From: an uncultured Clostridia bacterium
Lineage (GTDB): Bacteria; Bacillota; Clostridia; Oscillospirales; QAKW01
DNA: 64,000 nucleotides
Reading direction: 5' to 3'
Assembly: GCA_944385895.1 (NCBI GenBank)
Contig: CALWYZ010000003.1
Span: forward strand, 82,164 to 146,163
Shown: positions 40,149 to 48,761 of the stretch, piece by piece
Position numbering within the stretch: the stretch's first letter is position 1
Layout of the letters: each line of letters begins with the position of its first letter
Program-made: the position numbers and the translations under genes
The notes under the pieces: generated by a model
Database searches by the model: none
What the model was told of the DNA's origin: nothing
What the model saw: only the letters and a program-made list of their open reading frames with translations

Positions 40149-40205
40149 TGACTTTCACCTCACATTTTGAATTCAATATATCCTATGTGATGGTGATATT
40201 TTGTG

Positions 40206-40475
40206 TTACAAACAAATAATCAATAATAAAATCACCGCTAACACTACCGCCGATACCGCGGTACCCCAATATATCAGCGCTTTATTTTTTCGTTTCTTTT
40301 TAAGCAATATTTTGCCTGTGCAGTTGTTTTTTATTATTCTCTCGCATTCGGTAAGCATATCTGTTTTACTGGCGTTTGTTCCGTCACGTAATATAAAAAT
40401 CGCTTCCTCAAATATATCACTGTCAGTGTTTTTTAGTACTACAACCTGCCTTCCGATGCCTTTAAACATAACCAT
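40206..40475 (-). CDS. hypothetical tail-anchored membrane protein (89 aa)
   Basis: Soluble N-terminal region of about 55 aa, basic stretch KKKRKNK, then C-terminal TM helix ALIYWGTAVSAVVLAVILLLIICL. There is a 46-nt gap after spoIIE with no terminator. The second ATG (40469) has better SD spacing. Confidence 0.65.
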   Translation of the reverse strand: MVMFKGIGRQVVVLKNTDSDIFEEAIFILRDGTNASKTDMLTECERIIKNNCTGKILLKKKRKNKALIYWGTAVSAVVLAVILLLIICL

Positions 40476-40521
40476 AATCCTTTATTGATATTTAGTTATA
40501 TTTTTACCTTTAATCGGTTTA

Positions 40522-42459
40522 TTATTCAAAACAGCGTTTTGTCACTTTTGCGGTAAGAACGGTCATATCGTCATCAAACTCAGGCTGCGTGCAGTCATAT
40601 GCACAGTCCAAAAGTTCCTTTGTCAAAGATTCAGGTTCATTGCTCTTGCTCATAAGAATTGTTGCCTGAAGCTTTTCATCTGCAGCGGATACTCCGTCTG
40701 ACATCATTATAATAAAATCATTATCTTCAAGTGATGTAGATAAATAAGAATATGTTATTTTGTCGGTAAGACCGGCAGGATACCCTCCGCCGTTTATTTT
40801 TATGAGTTTTTTGTTGCGCAGAATGTATCCATAATATGCTCCGCATTTATAAAATTCGGCGACTCCGCTTTCAAGTGAAATGCTGCATAAATCTATTGTC
40901 GAAAATCCTATTTCATCTTTAAGCATCTCCATTGACGAATTTACCGTATCTATTGCCTTACTCGGTGCAACACCGGATTTTAATAATTTTTTCAAAAGAG
41001 TGATTGTGTTATCGCTTTTAATAAATGCTTCTTTACCGCTTCCCATTCCATCTGCAAGTATGATATTATATTTTGAATTTATACTTTTAAAGGCGCTTAC
41101 ATTGTCTCCGCAGATATTCTCCCCGCGTTTTGCCTTATAGAGAGCAAAGCATTCAATTTTATAGTTATCTGCCTGCTCAAATTTATATGAATAGTTTTTC
41201 CCATCGCAAGACTGGCTTCCTACAATAAAATTTCTGCCTACATTTTCCGAAATCATTTTACGTATTGCGTGAACATTTGGCTTTTCTTCACATGTGAATC
41301 TAAGTGCAATTATCTGCTTTCCTTCAGCGCTGTAATAGTTTACAAAATTTATATCTCTGCATCTGTTGAGAAACAAATATTTTTTCATTTTGTTTTCCAG
41401 CGTTTCATTTATCAGAGGAGTTATATTTGTATCGTTTATCTCTTTTACAAGGTTGTCCGTGCTTATTTTCAATTTTGTGCATAAATCGTTGCACGATGTC
41501 TCAGCCTCGTCATTATATTCATTTGAAATTTCAATGTATGTTGATAAAACACGCTCCATCTTTTTCTTAGGAAGTATCTTAAAAATAAGAGATGTAATAA
41601 ATGGTGTAAGCAGTATCTGAAAATTAAGACCTAAAATCCCATAAATAGAAATATAAAGCGAAAAAAACGCCAGAGAATAAGCGGCCTCTATATATTTTTT
41701 GTCAAATTTTGATACAAGTATACATAAAAGAGCAGGAATATACAAAACAATAAAGTAATGTTCGTTTGCAGGATGCAGGAGAGCACTTACAAAACATAGA
41801 GAAATGGTGAAAGCCGCAGAAATTTTTCTGTCAAGAAAATATGCCGACATAAATATGGAAAAGATAACAAATATCAGCGATATTGAAAAACCGTACAAAT
41901 AAAAATTATCAAACGCGCACAATAATATCAAAAGAGTGATATTGAGAGAAATCAAATCTTTTGAATCCATTCTGCTTTTATTGTTTATAGCATTTATAAG
42001 ATATTTTCCAAAGTATGCGCTGCATCCGCAAATTACAGCTTCACATACAAGAAACAGTATGGAATAAACGTTGAATTCATCAGCAAACAGGAAAATAAAA
42101 CCGATTATAAAGCATATTACTGCAGGCAGCGCAGGCGAATACACATTTTTTATATATCTTTTTTTCCCGGATACAAGTATTACAGCAAGCATTATCGCAT
42201 CGGCACACAAATATTTGAAATTATGTATGGAAAAGGTTTTAGTTGCAAAACCTGCAGCAGCGCCGACAAATGCGCAGGTAACGGATAATTCCGATGCCGG
42301 AATGATTGAAAGCATAGATAGGGAAAAGGGTGAAAACATCTCCCGGTATCCGGCTTTTGAAATCACAAACCCAACTGCAGCAGAAAAAATAAAATTTAAC
42401 AGCCTGTACGCAGCCATTTCTATAATTTGTAATTTACTTTTAAATCCTGCTTTTTCCAT
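40522..42459 (-). CDS. spoIIE: stage II sporulation protein E (membrane PP2C phosphatase)
   Basis: 645 aa. N-terminal region of about 10 TM helices and a C-terminal PP2C domain with ADGMGSGKEA and DDMTVL. Confidence 0.88.
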   Translation of the reverse strand: MEKAGFKSKLQIIEMAAYRLLNFIFSAAVGFVISKAGYREMFSPFSLSMLSIIPASELSVTCAFVGAAAGFATKTFSIHNFKYLCADAIMLAVILVSGKKRYIKNVYSPALPAVICFIIGFIFLFADEFNVYSILFLVCEAVICGCSAYFGKYLINAINNKSRMDSKDLISLNITLLILLCAFDNFYLYGFSISLIFVIFSIFMSAYFLDRKISAAFTISLCFVSALLHPANEHYFIVLYIPALLCILVSKFDKKYIEAAYSLAFFSLYISIYGILGLNFQILLTPFITSLIFKILPKKKMERVLSTYIEISNEYNDEAETSCNDLCTKLKISTDNLVKEINDTNITPLINETLENKMKKYLFLNRCRDINFVNYYSAEGKQIIALRFTCEEKPNVHAIRKMISENVGRNFIVGSQSCDGKNYSYKFEQADNYKIECFALYKAKRGENICGDNVSAFKSINSKYNIILADGMGSGKEAFIKSDNTITLLKKLLKSGVAPSKAIDTVNSSMEMLKDEIGFSTIDLCSISLESGVAEFYKCGAYYGYILRNKKLIKINGGGYPAGLTDKITYSYLSTSLEDNDFIIMMSDGVSAADEKLQATILMSKSNEPESLTKELLDCAYDCTQPEFDDDMTVLTAKVTKRCFE

Positions 42460-42466
42460 AATAAAA

Positions 42467-42499
42467 CCTCCGTTGTAAGTAAGATTATAACAACGGAGG
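42467..42499 (-). terminator. hairpin between dapB and spoIIE (terminator-like; contains the spoIIE SD)
   Basis: On the minus strand: CCUCCGUUGU, a 13-nt loop containing UAUAAU, then ACAACGGAGG followed by UUUUAUU-AUG. Confidence 0.6.
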
Positions 42500-42557
42500 A
42501 GAAAATATTATGTCATAAATTGAAAGGGAAGAGCATATAATTATTGTTTTACCAATA

Positions 42558-43301
42558 CTATACTATATCTTTCATGCTGTATAGACCGATTGGTTGATTT
42601 ATAACCCATCTGGCAGCGTTAAGGGCACCGGATGCAAATATTTTTTTTGAATAGGCGGTATGCTTAATTTCAATGACTTCGTCTATACCGGCAAATATAA
42701 CACTATGTTCACCGACAATGCTTCCTGCACGTACAGAACTGATACCTATTTCATTTTCGCTTCTCGCTTGCTTTTTTAAATGTCTGTCGTATACATAGGA
42801 ATAGTTTCCGTCAGCATTAAGCGCATTGGCAAGCATGATAGCGGTACCGCTCGGCGCATCAATCTTTTTGTTATGATGTTTTTCTATAATTTCAATATCA
42901 AAAGCATTGCCGAGCACTTTTTTAGCTTTTACCGCCAATTCGGTTATAAGACTGATCCCCATAGACATATTATATGAAAAAAATACCGGAATAGTTTTGG
43001 CCGTGCTTTCTATCCTCGCAATATCCTGTTCAGAGTTTCCGGTAGTAGCAATAACGGCGGGCATACCATTTGACTTTGCAAAATTTAAAATGTTTTGCAG
43101 TAGTGAGGGATGAGAAAAGTCGATAATCACATCAGCTTTTTCATTTACATCAAATATATCACTGTAAACAGGATAGTCAGCTGACAAATCGTTTTTTATA
43201 TCGACTCCTGCAACAATTTTAGTATCAGAAAGCTCATTTGCAAGCTCGGTAACAGTTTTCCCCATATGACCTTGACAGCCGCAAAGTATAATATTGATCA
43301 T
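42558..43301 (-). CDS. dapB: 4-hydroxy-tetrahydrodipicolinate reductase
   Basis: 247 aa. N-terminal Rossmann motif (IILCGCQGHMGK) and conserved EKHHNKKIDAPSGTA. Confidence 0.92.
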   Translation of the reverse strand: MINIILCGCQGHMGKTVTELANELSDTKIVAGVDIKNDLSADYPVYSDIFDVNEKADVIIDFSHPSLLQNILNFAKSNGMPAVIATTGNSEQDIARIESTAKTIPVFFSYNMSMGISLITELAVKAKKVLGNAFDIEIIEKHHNKKIDAPSGTAIMLANALNADGNYSYVYDRHLKKQARSENEIGISSVRAGSIVGEHSVIFAGIDEVIEIKHTAYSKKIFASGALNAARWVINQPIGLYSMKDIV

Positions 43302-43321
43302 TTTTAACGTCCCCTATATTA

Positions 43322-44203
43322 TCAGATTAAATTCAAGGCTTTAAGCTCTGCTTTGAGCCTGTTTAAATTATGTTCCTCCATACCACACAAAGGCAGTCTT
43401 AGAGGTCCGACATTCATTCCCATAAGATTCAAAGCCGTCTTTACCGGAATGGGATTGACCTCACAAAACAATGCATTTATTATCTTGAGATAATCAAGCT
43501 GCATTTTCAAGGCAACGTCTGTATTTCCGTCCAGCATATGCATACATAGCTGATGTGTTTCATAAGGCATAATATTTGCCAAAACAGATATAACACCTAT
43601 ACCGCCCAGCGACATTATCGGAACAATCTGGTCATCATTTCCGCTATAGATATCCATATCACAGCAAGCGGCAATTCCCGCAATTTGAGATATGTTGCCT
43701 GACGCCTCTTTGACAGCGACAATATTATCTATTTTTGCCAGTTGTTCATATGTAGACAATTCAATATTCATTCCCGTTCTAGAAGGAACATTGTACAGTA
43801 TGCAAGGAATGTCAACATTACCGGCTATTTCCTGAAAGTGTCTTACAAGACCTTTTTGGGTGGCTTTATTATAATATGGAGTAACAAGCAGCAACGCATC
43901 CGCACCTGCATTACGGGCAAATTTTGAAAGACGAACAGAATACGCCGTATCGTTACTTCCGGTACCAGCAATAACCGGTACTCTGCCTGCAGCAAACTCA
44001 ATGGAATATTTTATAACTTCTTCATGTTCTTTATTTTCCAGTGTTTTGCTTTCCCCGGTAGTTCCGCAGATTACAAGCGCATCAGTTGAATTATTGATTT
44101 GAAAATCAATTAATTCTCCCAGCTTTTGATAATTTACGGATCCATCCTCGTTCATAGGTGTAACCAAAGCCACACCAGAACCTTTGAAAACGGGTGCGTT
44201 CAT
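43322..44203 (-). CDS. dapA: 4-hydroxy-tetrahydrodipicolinate synthase
   Basis: From MNAPVFKGSGVALVTPM, with GTTGES and active-site Lys context VKEASG. SD AGGAG lies 9 nt upstream of ATG 44203. Confidence 0.92.
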   Translation of the reverse strand: MNAPVFKGSGVALVTPMNEDGSVNYQKLGELIDFQINNSTDALVICGTTGESKTLENKEHEEVIKYSIEFAAGRVPVIAGTGSNDTAYSVRLSKFARNAGADALLLVTPYYNKATQKGLVRHFQEIAGNVDIPCILYNVPSRTGMNIELSTYEQLAKIDNIVAVKEASGNISQIAGIAACCDMDIYSGNDDQIVPIMSLGGIGVISVLANIMPYETHQLCMHMLDGNTDVALKMQLDYLKIINALFCEVNPIPVKTALNLMGMNVGPLRLPLCGMEEHNLNRLKAELKALNLI

Positions 44204-44221
44204 AAAAAACATCTCCTATAT

Positions 44222-45307
44222 TCAGTTCATATAACCCTGAGCGTACAGCAGCTCTGCAAGTAATACAGCACCGCCTGCGGCACCTCTCAAAGTATTATGC
44301 GAAAGACAAACAAATTTATAATCGAATATCCTGTCCTCACGTAAACGACCGATATTGATAGCCATACCGTGCTCATTATCACGATCAAGCTTTGTCTGAG
44401 GACGGTCAGGTTCTTCAAAATAGTGCAGAAACTGCTTAGGCGCACTTGGTAGTTCAAGTTTTTGAGGCAAACCAGAATAGTTTTTCCAGATTTCTAGTAT
44501 CTCGTCTTTAGTGGGTTTTTTATCTTTGAATTTAATAAAAACCGCAGCCATGTGTCCGTTGGAAGTTGCTACACGAAGACACTGTGATGTTATAACAGGG
44601 GATGATGCATTTACTATTGCATCATCAGTTACTTTTCCCCAGATTTTTAAAGGTTCAAGTTCGCTTTTTTCTTCTTCACCGCCTATATATGGTATTACAT
44701 TGTCAACCATCTCCGGCCATCTTTCAAAAGTTTTGCCGGCTCCGCTTATTGCCTGATATGTACAGGCAAGTGCGGATTCTATTTCATATTTTTCCATAAG
44801 CGGATGCATTGCTGGCACATAGCTTTGAAGCGAGCAATTTGATTTTGCTGCAATAAAACCGCGTTTTGTACCAAGACGTCTGCGCTGCGCCTTTATTATC
44901 TCGGCATGTTGAGGATTGATTTCAGGTATAATCATGGGGACATCCGATGTTGATCTGTTTGCAGAGTTATTTGAAATAACGGGACAATCCAGCTTAGCAT
45001 ATGCCTCTTCAAGCTTTTTTATTTCGTCTTTAGGCATATCAACTGCGCAGAAAACAAAAGATACCATACTTGCAATTTTCTCTTTATCCGCTTGCGCATC
45101 ATAAACATACATATCAGCAACATCGCTTGAAAGCTCGGTATCCATACACCATCTTCCACCCAGAGCCTGGGAATATTTTTTGCCGGCGCTTCTTGAAGAA
45201 GCAGCAAGGACCTTCAAGTTAAACCAGGGATGGTCTTCAAGCAGGGTTATAAATCTTTGACCGACCATACCGGTGGCACCAATTACTCCGACATCACATT
45301 TTTTCAT
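44222..45307 (-). CDS. asd: aspartate-semialdehyde dehydrogenase
   Basis: From MKKCDVGVIGATGMVGQRF (SD AAGGAGA), with active-site context SNCSLQ. The ORF-track start at 45409 extends into the promoter region. Confidence 0.9.
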   Translation of the reverse strand: MKKCDVGVIGATGMVGQRFITLLEDHPWFNLKVLAASSRSAGKKYSQALGGRWCMDTELSSDVADMYVYDAQADKEKIASMVSFVFCAVDMPKDEIKKLEEAYAKLDCPVISNNSANRSTSDVPMIIPEINPQHAEIIKAQRRRLGTKRGFIAAKSNCSLQSYVPAMHPLMEKYEIESALACTYQAISGAGKTFERWPEMVDNVIPYIGGEEEKSELEPLKIWGKVTDDAIVNASSPVITSQCLRVATSNGHMAAVFIKFKDKKPTKDEILEIWKNYSGLPQKLELPSAPKQFLHYFEEPDRPQTKLDRDNEHGMAINIGRLREDRIFDYKFVCLSHNTLRGAAGGAVLLAELLYAQGYMN

Positions 45308-45445
45308 TTTGTTTCTCCTTAAGTATTGAAAATATAATTCATACAATATATAATAACTAATTGTTGAAATACGAATTTTATCACTATCTGTATTATAATA
45401 ATATAACATTATACTTTTTTTATGTCAATAAAAAGGAACGAAAAT

Positions 45446-46471
45446 ATGAATATATCTGATTTTGATTATTTTCTGCCGGAGAACTTGATTGCACAAGATC
45501 CTTTAGAAAAACGTGATGAATCACGACTTATGATAATGAACAGAACTACCGGTCGGCTTGAACACAAACATTTCAGAGATATAATAGATTATTTAAATCC
45601 GTCTGATGTTCTCATTTTAAATGACTCTAAAGTAATACCGGCACGTATATACGGAAAAAGGCATGGAAGCGGAGGTGTAATTGAAACGCTTCTGCTTAAA
45701 GACATTGGAAATGACGAGTGGGAAGTACTGGTAAAACCGGGACGAAAAGCGCTTGTAGGACAGGTTATAGATTATGGGACAAGCCTAACCGGTACTGTTA
45801 TAAAGATAACCCGTGACGGCAATCGCATTATTAAATTTTCATATGACGGTGTGAGCATATACCCGATATTGGATGAAATAGGTAATATGCCGATACCTCC
45901 GTACATAAAGAAAAAGCTTGTTGATAAAAACAGGTATCAGACGGTATATGCAAAAAATATCGGCTCTGCCGCTGCGCCTACCGCAGGTCTTCACTTTACT
46001 CGTGAACTGCTTTCAGCGCTAAAAGAAAAGGGCGTTATAGTAAAATATGTTACTTTGCATGTCGGTCTTGGCACATTCAGACCTGTAAAGGTAAAAGACA
46101 TTACACAGCACATCATGCATTCAGAGCATTATTACGTTCCGGACGATACCGCAAAAGAAATAAAAAAGGCAAAGCAAGAGGGAAGACGCGTTGTTTGTGT
46201 GGGCACAACCTCTATGCGAACTGTTGAAAGTGCATTTGACGAACATGCAGATTTGATATCATCAAGCGCTGATACAAGTATTTTTATATATCCCGGTTAT
46301 AAATTTAAAATTGCAGATGCTTTGATAACTAATTTTCATTTGCCGCAAAGTACGCTTTTAATGCTTGTAAGCGCGTTCTCAAGCAGGGATATGATCATGA
46401 ACGCATATAAGACAGCTATCGAAAAACAGTATAGATTTTTTAGCTTCGGTGACGCAATGTTTTTAAATTGA
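45446..46471 (+). CDS. queA: S-adenosylmethionine:tRNA ribosyltransferase-isomerase
   Basis: MNISDFDYFLPENLIAQDPL is the typical QueA N-terminus, and the C-terminal YRFFSFGDAMF is present. Confidence 0.92.
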   Translation: MNISDFDYFLPENLIAQDPLEKRDESRLMIMNRTTGRLEHKHFRDIIDYLNPSDVLILNDSKVIPARIYGKRHGSGGVIETLLLKDIGNDEWEVLVKPGRKALVGQVIDYGTSLTGTVIKITRDGNRIIKFSYDGVSIYPILDEIGNMPIPPYIKKKLVDKNRYQTVYAKNIGSAAAPTAGLHFTRELLSALKEKGVIVKYVTLHVGLGTFRPVKVKDITQHIMHSEHYYVPDDTAKEIKKAKQEGRRVVCVGTTSMRTVESAFDEHADLISSSADTSIFIYPGYKFKIADALITNFHLPQSTLLMLVSAFSSRDMIMNAYKTAIEKQYRFFSFGDAMFLN

Positions 46472-46477
46472 GTAGAG

Positions 46478-47617
46478 GTGAAATATTTGTTTGAAATTAT
46501 ATGTAAAGAAAAAAATGCGAGAAGGGGAAGACTGAAAACGGTACATGGCGATATTGAAACGCCAGTATTTATGAACGTTGCTACATCCGGAGCAATAAAA
46601 GGAGCTGTTTCCGCACTTGACCTGCGTGAAATAGGGTGTCAGGTTATGCTTTCTAATACATATCATTTGCATTTACGTCCAGGTGACGATATAGTAAGAG
46701 CGCTAGGCGGAATTCGCAAAATGAGCAAATGGGATGGTCCTGTTTTAACTGACAGCGGCGGGTTTCAGGTGTTTTCGCTTTCGGGATTAAGAAGTATTAA
46801 AGAAGAGGGCGTGTATTTTTCTTCCCATATTGATGGCAGAAAAATTTTTATGGGACCGGAGGAAAGCATGAGAATACAGTCAAACCTTGGTTCTACTATT
46901 GCCATGGCTTTTGACGAATGTATAGAAAATCCCGCACAGTATGATTACACAGCAAATTCTGTGGAGCGTACTACAAGATGGCTTGAACGCTGCAAAAATG
47001 AACTTTACAGACTCAATTCCAATCCAGATACTATTAATAAACACCAACTTTTGTTCGGCATAAATCAGGGCAGCACATTTGCTGATCTGCGAATAAAACA
47101 TATGAAAGACATTGCCTCTCTTGATCTTGACGGTTATGCGTTGGGAGGACTTGCGGTAGGAGAACCTGCTTCGGTCATGTACAATATAATAGAGGAAACA
47201 GAACCTTTTATGCCTGCCGATAAACCAAGATATCTTATGGGTGTAGGTACGCCGGTAAATATACTTGAAGCTGTCGATAGAGGCGTGGATTTTTTTGATT
47301 GTGTTATGCCGGCTCGCAATGCAAGACATTCTCATGTATTTACCAGCAACGGAATAATAAATTTACTTAACAAAAAATACGAACTTGATGATACGCCGCT
47401 TGATGAACATTGCAGTTGCCCGACATGCTCTAATTTTTCAAAAGCATATATACGTCATTTGTTTAAAGCCGGAGAAATGCTGGCTATGAGACTTTGCGTT
47501 ATTCATAATCTTTATTTCTATAACGATCTTATGCAGAAAATCAGAGATAATATTGAAAACGGAAGTTTTAGCAGTTTTAAGGCAGAGATGACAGAAAAAC
47601 TGGGCAGAAGGATATAA
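46478..47617 (+). CDS. tgt: queuine tRNA-ribosyltransferase
   Basis: 379 aa with ARRGRLKTVHGDIETPVFM, DSGGFQV, and the zinc site CxCxxC (CSCPTC). The exact start (GTG 46478 or a nearby codon) is uncertain. Confidence 0.93.
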   Translation: MKYLFEIICKEKNARRGRLKTVHGDIETPVFMNVATSGAIKGAVSALDLREIGCQVMLSNTYHLHLRPGDDIVRALGGIRKMSKWDGPVLTDSGGFQVFSLSGLRSIKEEGVYFSSHIDGRKIFMGPEESMRIQSNLGSTIAMAFDECIENPAQYDYTANSVERTTRWLERCKNELYRLNSNPDTINKHQLLFGINQGSTFADLRIKHMKDIASLDLDGYALGGLAVGEPASVMYNIIEETEPFMPADKPRYLMGVGTPVNILEAVDRGVDFFDCVMPARNARHSHVFTSNGIINLLNKKYELDDTPLDEHCSCPTCSNFSKAYIRHLFKAGEMLAMRLCVIHNLYFYNDLMQKIRDNIENGSFSSFKAEMTEKLGRRI

Positions 47618-47682
47618 AGCACTTGATTTTTTGCTGATGATAACATATAATATTAAAAAATAAATTGAGAGGATACTCGGTT

Positions 47683-47958
47683 ATGGAATTTTTATCACAA
47701 TATGGCACTTTGATTTTCATGATAGTTCTAATGGTAATTATGTATCTTATAATGTTTCGCCCGCAGAAAAAGCGTGAAAAAGAAATAAAGCAAATGCGTA
47801 ATAATCTAGAAGTAGGAGATATAGTTGTTACGGAAAGCGGCATTGTAGGCAGAGTTGTCTCAACTAAGGACATTGATACCGTGACCATAGAAACAGGCGC
47901 TGACAAAACAAAGCTAAAATTTAAAAGATGGGCAATAATCAGTAAAGAACAACAATAA
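47683..47958 (+). CDS. yajC: preprotein translocase subunit YajC
   Basis: From MEFLSQYGTLIFMIVLMVIMYLIMFRPQKKREKE, which is the YajC signature. Confidence 0.9.
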   Translation: MEFLSQYGTLIFMIVLMVIMYLIMFRPQKKREKEIKQMRNNLEVGDIVVTESGIVGRVVSTKDIDTVTIETGADKTKLKFKRWAIISKEQQ

Positions 47959-47973
47959 TCAGAATAATTAATT

Positions 47974-48013
47974 ACCCCCTTGAATACTTTATAGTATCCA
48001 AGGGGGTTGTTTT
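47974..48013 (+). terminator. intrinsic terminator after yajC
   Basis: 15-bp stem ACCCCCTTGAATACT / AGTATCCAAGGGGGT with one mismatch, followed by TGTTTTA. Confidence 0.8.
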
Positions 48014-48418
48014 ATGCGTTCATATATGGAAAACAAAGAGCCATTAAAATGGTGGTTCAAACCGTTTAAGATCTTAACGATTATCGTCATATCGATAGCC
48101 GTGATGCTGTTATTGACTTTGATATGCAGTGTACTGATACTAAAAACCAATATTCCTGAAAGCAATGCCAGTATTATGATGACAGCTGTTTCTGCAATAA
48201 CTGCAATGTTGCTGTCTATACTTTTAACAATGAATACCAAAATAAAACCTATATTGGCTGCTCTTTATTCATTTGCAGTAATGATTGCTATTAAGCTTAT
48301 ACTTACAGCGGTTATTGCCGGCAATGTATCCTTTGGCAGACAGGGGATAGTGGGAATAATTTTTACCGCAGTGTTTTGCATACTAGGCAGTCTTCTTGCG
48401 GCAAACATTAAAAAATAG
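48014..48418 (+). CDS. hypothetical membrane protein (4 predicted TM helices)
   Basis: 134 aa hydrophobic ORF directly after the yajC terminator. The only SD-like sequence (AAGGGGG) lies in the terminator 3' arm. Confidence 0.6.
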   Translation: MRSYMENKEPLKWWFKPFKILTIIVISIAVMLLLTLICSVLILKTNIPESNASIMMTAVSAITAMLLSILLTMNTKIKPILAALYSFAVMIAIKLILTAVIAGNVSFGRQGIVGIIFTAVFCILGSLLAANIKK

Positions 48419-48613
48419 CATATTGCATAAAAATAAAAAATATCAATTTAGCTATTGACTTTTCAAAGCGGTATATGTAGGCCTTTATTCTTTATGAGAA
48501 TCAATATGTTGTTCTTTGTTTTAAGCAGCACCAGTAGTTTACATAATGTTTTTAGAGTGGTTAACATAATATTTTATTGATTTTAAACAAAAAGTGATTT
48601 GTTTTAAAAAAAG

Positions 48614-48642
48614 CTTGATAAACCGCTTGAAATGGTGTAAAA
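48614..48642 (+). promoter_or_regulatory. sigma-A type promoter in the long intergenic region
   Basis: TTGATA, 17-nt spacer, TAAAAT. Confidence 0.5.
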
Positions 48643-48761
48643 TTTATACATTGCAAAAATATAAGCGCTTGTTTGTTTACATAATTTTTTTGCGCAATTT
48701 ACATATTTTAAACATAAAATTTATGGCTTGGGCATAGATATTTAGCAAAGACCGTTGGGAG

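Noticed and set aside
45308-45445. Possible lysine riboswitch (L-box) upstream of asd-dapA-dapB
   Set aside because: The gap is too short (about 115-140 nt, shared with the divergent queA promoter) and lacks the conserved L-box helices and a terminator.
48494-48580. 28-codon ORF (MRINMLFFVLSSTSSLHNVFRVVNIIFY) in the long intergenic region
   Set aside because: There is no SD-like sequence upstream, and the composition is simply AT-rich codons. Without conservation data it is not supportable.
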